In this document: in pieces, positions 59,550-64,000 of the stretch
Position numbering within the stretch: position 1 is the stretch's first letter
How the letters are laid out: every line of letters begins with the position of its first letter
Source: Nemertoderma westbladi
Lineage: Eukaryota > Animalia > Xenacoelomorpha
Length of the DNA: 64,000 nucleotides
NCBI GenBank assembly: GCA_032718475.1
Contig: JAUCBJ010001582.1
Coordinates: 67,399 to 131,398 of the forward strand
Direction of reading: 5' to 3'
Made by a program: the position numbers and the translations under genes
The notes under the pieces: generated by a model
What the model saw: the letters and a program-made list of their open reading frames with translations, nothing else
Database searches by the model: none
Told to the model about the DNA's origin: nothing

Positions 59550-60027
59550 TACATGGATCCTTGTTTCAGAAGTACATGGATCCTTGTTTCAGAAGTACAT
59601 GGATCCTTGTTTCAGAAGTACAAGGATCCTTGTTTAAGAAGTACATGGATCATCCTTGTTTTAGAAGTACATGGATCTTTTTTTCAGAAGTACATGGATC
59701 CTTGTTTTAGAAGTACATGGATTCTTGTTTCAGAAGTACATAGATCCTTGTTTCAGAAGTACATGGATTCTTGTTTCAGAAGTACATGGATCCATGTTTC
59801 AGAAGTACATGGATCCTTGTTTCAGAAGTACATGGATCCTTGTTTCAGAAGTACATGGATCCTTGTTTCAGAAGTACATGGATCCTTGTTTTAGAAGTAC
59901 ATGGATCTTTTTTTCAGAAGTACATGGATCCTTGTTTCAGAAGTACATGCATCTTTGTTTCAGAGGTACATGGATCCTTGTTTAAGAAGTACATGGATCC
60001 TTGTTTCAGAAGTACATGGATCCTTGT
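59550..60027. repeat. 23-bp minisatellite, right part
   Basis: Same unit; TACAT is duplicated at 39556-39560 and 59550-59554. Confidence 0.95.
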
Positions 60028-60472
60028 TGGGATCATATTGCCCTTTGTAAGAGGATCTGTGCAGGCGCGCACATGAGGGGCCTGTTTTTAAGCAGCTTTC
60101 TGTGATTTTATGTGGTTTTGCCGATCAGGTCTGATCAAGGTCAGGTTTGAGGCTACCAGGTTACGATGTAGTAGTTCACGAGAATGATATATACAGTTTC
60201 CTAATCCTATTGCTACTATTAAGGCTCACCCCACATTAGAGGCTGAAACTTTGATGCTTTAAATTCAGTATTAATGTTATTCCCCTAATAATCCAGTACT
60301 TAAAAGTATAACTTTTGTTTTCTACTGTGGGTGTTAGATTTCATTTCTAGGTTTTGTTTACCAACGGATATCCGATGTTTGCGCACCTATGAAAAATTAC
60401 TTTGTATCTGAAAAGTGTCTTAAAAACATTTACTAGTTGGTGAATTTATAATGATTACCGGTACCTTTACAG

Positions 60473-60656
60473 GCTTCCGTGCATCCATTACACAATCGGC
60501 CCAACAGATTTGACAACGATATTGCAATTCTCAAATTAGAGACACCAGTTACTCTTGGAGATTATGTAAGCCTCGCCTGCTTGCCCACCGAAACAGACCC
60601 TGAATACTATGATGGATGGGAATGCATTACAACGGGCTGGGGTTACACTTCTGAAG
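60473..60656 (+). CDS. Trypsin-like serine protease, next exon (catalytic Asp)
   Basis: tttacAG|GCT TCC GTG... translates ASVHPLHNRPNRFDNDIAILKLETPVTLGDYVSLACLP...ECITTGWGYTSE G|GTAATA. Phase-compatible with 38223-38301. The His and Ser exons were not found. Confidence 0.9.
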
Positions 60657-62160
60657 GTAATAGTATTGAGACATGCTGAATATCAATTTCATTTCATAAG
60701 GTCCCAAAATTTGAGTAAAAATGAGACAAAATATGAGCAGTTTATTTTTGTTATAAAAATAACCTTTTTCTGCCATTTAAGTTCACAAAAAGTGCAAAAT
60801 TATACTGTACGAAAATATTATACGACACTTTTAGTATGAGACTACCCCAAGAATGATATATACTTTGTGGAAAATTTCAGATGAAACCACCAAAGGGTTT
60901 TCGAGATAGATGTACCTTTAACTTGAAAGTAATTTGCTCTCTATGTACATTCTGACCTTAAATTCGCAAGTATGCATTAAATATATTAATTAACTAATTC
61001 CTGGACCAATACTGCGGAATAAAATGAGTAAGTAAACAGTTATTAAAGTTCAATAGGGGATTGGATGGCCTAAACAAACATATATCTTATATACACCATC
61101 TCCCTCAATAAAACAACAATTTTATGGGGGCGGAGCCCCCCCCCCCCCACCCCCCCCCCCCCCCCCCCCCCATTTTTTTCAAATTTCAATAATATGAAAC
61201 GAAGTTAGTTTGGTATGATGATAGTTCAACATTTTTTCTTACTGCTGGTCTGGCCGGATTTTTCAAATTATGAGCTATTTCGATACAAAAAAATAGTTAA
61301 AAATCGTCTATTTCGCAATATTTAGCCACCTCCATCGTCTTTATTTTTCGTCTTTGGAATGAAATCTAGATATCATTAGAAACGCCTACATCTGCAGATT
61401 CAGAATCAGAAAACTATTTTAAATTTCACCATTAACTTCCGGAGATATTATCAAAATTCAAAGGTATTTTGACACGTAAATCTATATAATTCTAACGCTT
61501 TTTTACTCAATTATTACTCAACTCTGACTCCCTAAAAATGGTTGTTGTTTTAAGGGAGATCTTGTATATAAAAATGCTCTATTTGTTTGTTTGTTTGTTT
61601 GCACAGCTATAGAAATCGACACATCGCAAATTTCCTTTAAGTTTTTTTGGTGTTTCGGAATCAGCACAACATGATAACATGATATTGCAACATGATATTA
61701 TCCCGAAATTTAACAGCATTTGTTTTTTTAAAGCCATTTTATCGACAAAATCTACCCATAGATTGTCAAAATCTCTGTCTCTGCTGAATTGCTACCCCTA
61801 AAATGTAAAACCATTATTTGTCAACTACGTTTTTAATTAGATACAACAGCTACAGTAGGCCTAAGTAGTAGTGTAGTATTTCGATATGCTGATATAGGCA
61901 TTGTGTTGTAGTCGATATACTGTAGAATAAGCGAGAATATAGGCCAATAAACAGATAAAAAAAACGAACCAGTACTAACTGCAGTTGGCCTATCAATTAG
62001 GCATAGGCCCACCCTAATTTTTAACCTGCGGTATTTTTCACACCGCAGTGCTAATCCAAAAGTTAAACACACCCTATGGGCGTTTTTTAATGTAAATTTT
62101 CATATTATAGCTCGTTATAGGTGGTTATAGCTTGTTTATCATATATGGTTATAGCTTGTT

Positions 62161-63041
62161 ACCTACCTACTGGCTCCAGAAGTCGAGGAAATCCTGCCAA
62201 GTACCTAACTGATCTAGACTTTGCTGATGACTTAGGAGTACTCTCAGAATCATTAGAGGGAGCCCAGCGGCTCCTCAGCTCATTAGAACATGCTGCTTCT
62301 AGTGTTGGTCTTTTTATTAACTCCAGAAAGACCAAAATTCTGACAGTTAACTTTGAAAATCCTCAGCAAGTCTCTGATCGGATGAGCATAAGCTCAAAGG
62401 ATGGTATGCTTGAGCATGTGGACGACTTCTGTTACCTGGGATCATGGATCCGGAAGTCAGGTGAGGACCTTCGAATACGTAAGGGAAAGGCATGGGCAGC
62501 CTTGAATAGGCTTTCCAGGATTTGGAAGTCACCTAGAATTAATCGGAAACTTAAGGTCCGATTATTTAGAGCAGCAGTAGTTCCAGTACTCCTCTACGGG
62601 AGTCCATGCTGGGCTCTAACTGCTGAGGACACCAAATCTCTGGATGGCACATTCACAAGAATGCTACGCCGGGTACATTGTGTCAAGTACAATGCACACA
62701 TCTCCAACCAGACACTATATAACATTGGAGGTGTCTCATTGGTTCCCCCAAGCTTGACACTAGAACAAAATCGCCTCCGCTTTGCAGGACATTGCTTTCG
62801 CCGTGAGGACCAGCAAGTGCATAATCTTGTACTTTGGCAGCCTCATGGAGTGAATAAGCATGGTGGACAGCCCATGACTTTCTTGAGACGCATCTTAAAG
62901 GACACTGGCCTTAAAGATGCGGATGATCTAGCAAATTTCATGGGTGATAGGGAGTTGTGGCGGTGTAATTTTGTTGACAAGCCGGCACAGCATTCTTAAA
63001 AATGCAGCTGCAATGCAGCATGCCGATCCTAGTTGTAGTAG
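62161..63041 (+). mobile_element. 5'-truncated non-LTR retrotransposon (RTE-like), RT C-terminal part
   Basis: LDFADD, FCYLGS, LSRIWKS, KVRLFRAAVVPVLLYGS, RLRFAGH; (TAG)n-like tail; 9-bp TSD TAGCTTGTT at 62152-62160 and 63042-63050. Confidence 0.88.
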
Positions 63042-63058
63042 TAGCTTGTTTATAGGAA

Positions 63059-63161
63059 TTTATAGCCCGTTATATATCGTTATAGCCCGTTATAGATCGT
63101 TATAGCCCGTTATAGATCGTTATAGCCCGTTATAGATCGTTATAGCCCGTTATAGATCGTT
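63059..63161. repeat. 10/20-bp tandem repeat (TTATAGCCCGTTATAGATCG), continuing a degenerate array at 62105-62160 that was split by the LINE
   Basis: Directly visible. Confidence 0.8.
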
Positions 63162-64000
63162 CTACATTTTAGTACGTACCTGGGTCTTGACTCTTATCTT
63201 GCGCATTACTGTACGTGATGCAGACCGTCCGAATTGGCCAAAAAAGTGACATTGTCAGAATGGGCACGTGAACTTGAACCGCCGTTACCTTGGGGCTAAT
63301 TTTATGCGTCACTTTATGTGTGAATGCGTATTTGTGGTCAAATTGGGTTATTCTGTAGACGTTTTCGGCGAAATTTCTGGTCAGCAGGCAGGAAACTGTA
63401 TAACAGAAGTTGCCCTAACAGACTCAGTCTGTTAGTTTGTTAGTCTGTTCTTTTTAACTGATTCTTGGGAGTGGTCTACTACACCATAGGACCTGCGTGT
63501 TTAGAAAGGGCGCAGAGAAGTCTGCAGTTGTCCAGTCCACCGCTAGGGGGCAAAATGTCAGAAAGTGAAAATCTTCTTCCATTTCGTTACTTACAGTATA
63601 ATGCTTTTTAACTGATTCTTGGGAGAGTCGACTACACCATAGGTTGCGTGTTTGGGAAGGACGCTGTCAAGTCTGTCACAAGAAGGCGAAATAAGTGAAA
63701 ATGAAAGAAATTTCTGATATGAAAGCCTTGTCCCATTTTGCTGTTTACAACCATTTTGGATTTGCTTTGGCGGGTAACTACTACACAACATAAAGCCCTA
63801 TTTTGTAGTCACCTGCCAAGTAAACCTGCTTTAGTTTGTGAGAACACTGTGTTTGTGATATTTTCTTTAAAGTTACAGTACAGTAATACATTAATTAATT
63901 TATGTTTGAATTATTGATTAACAAGTTTGTGTACTAGAAATCTTTCTAGTTTTATTATATTTATGAATTATCATCATTCGTTAGCATTATTCGTCGCCTA

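Overview
Eukaryotic (invertebrate-like), repeat-rich genomic window. Left end: four coding exons of a TIA-1/TIAL1-like RRM gene (- strand) whose introns contain minisatellites; one of these is an amplified exon-end plus splice donor. At 10.8-13.9 kb there is a non-autonomous Polinton/Maverick-like element (AGTAGT termini, long TIRs, C2H2-finger/acidic ORF). Most of the window is two divergent but related giant BEL/Pao LTR retrotransposons, both on the - strand. Element 1 spans ~19.37-34.86 kb; element 2 spans 40451-59318, with 1.28-kb near-identical LTRs and a GAGAT TSD. Downstream of integrase, in the position env would occupy, both carry a homologous large accessory ORF: a novel Cys/His domain plus a DnaQ/WRN-type 3'-5' exonuclease-like domain, and CCHC knuckles in element 2. 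This is the main candidate for an undescribed system. Element 2 has no tRNA primer-binding site; instead it has an 11-nt sequence complementary to its own LTR (Tf1-like self-priming). It sits in inverted orientation inside a solo LTR of a sister family, which in turn sits in a 23-bp satellite within a 22-kb intron of a trypsin-like protease gene. Element 1 carries nine copies of a 17-bp motif. A second solo LTR and a 5'-truncated RTE-type LINE are also present. All calls were made by eye from the sequence and the ORF track; no database searches were run.
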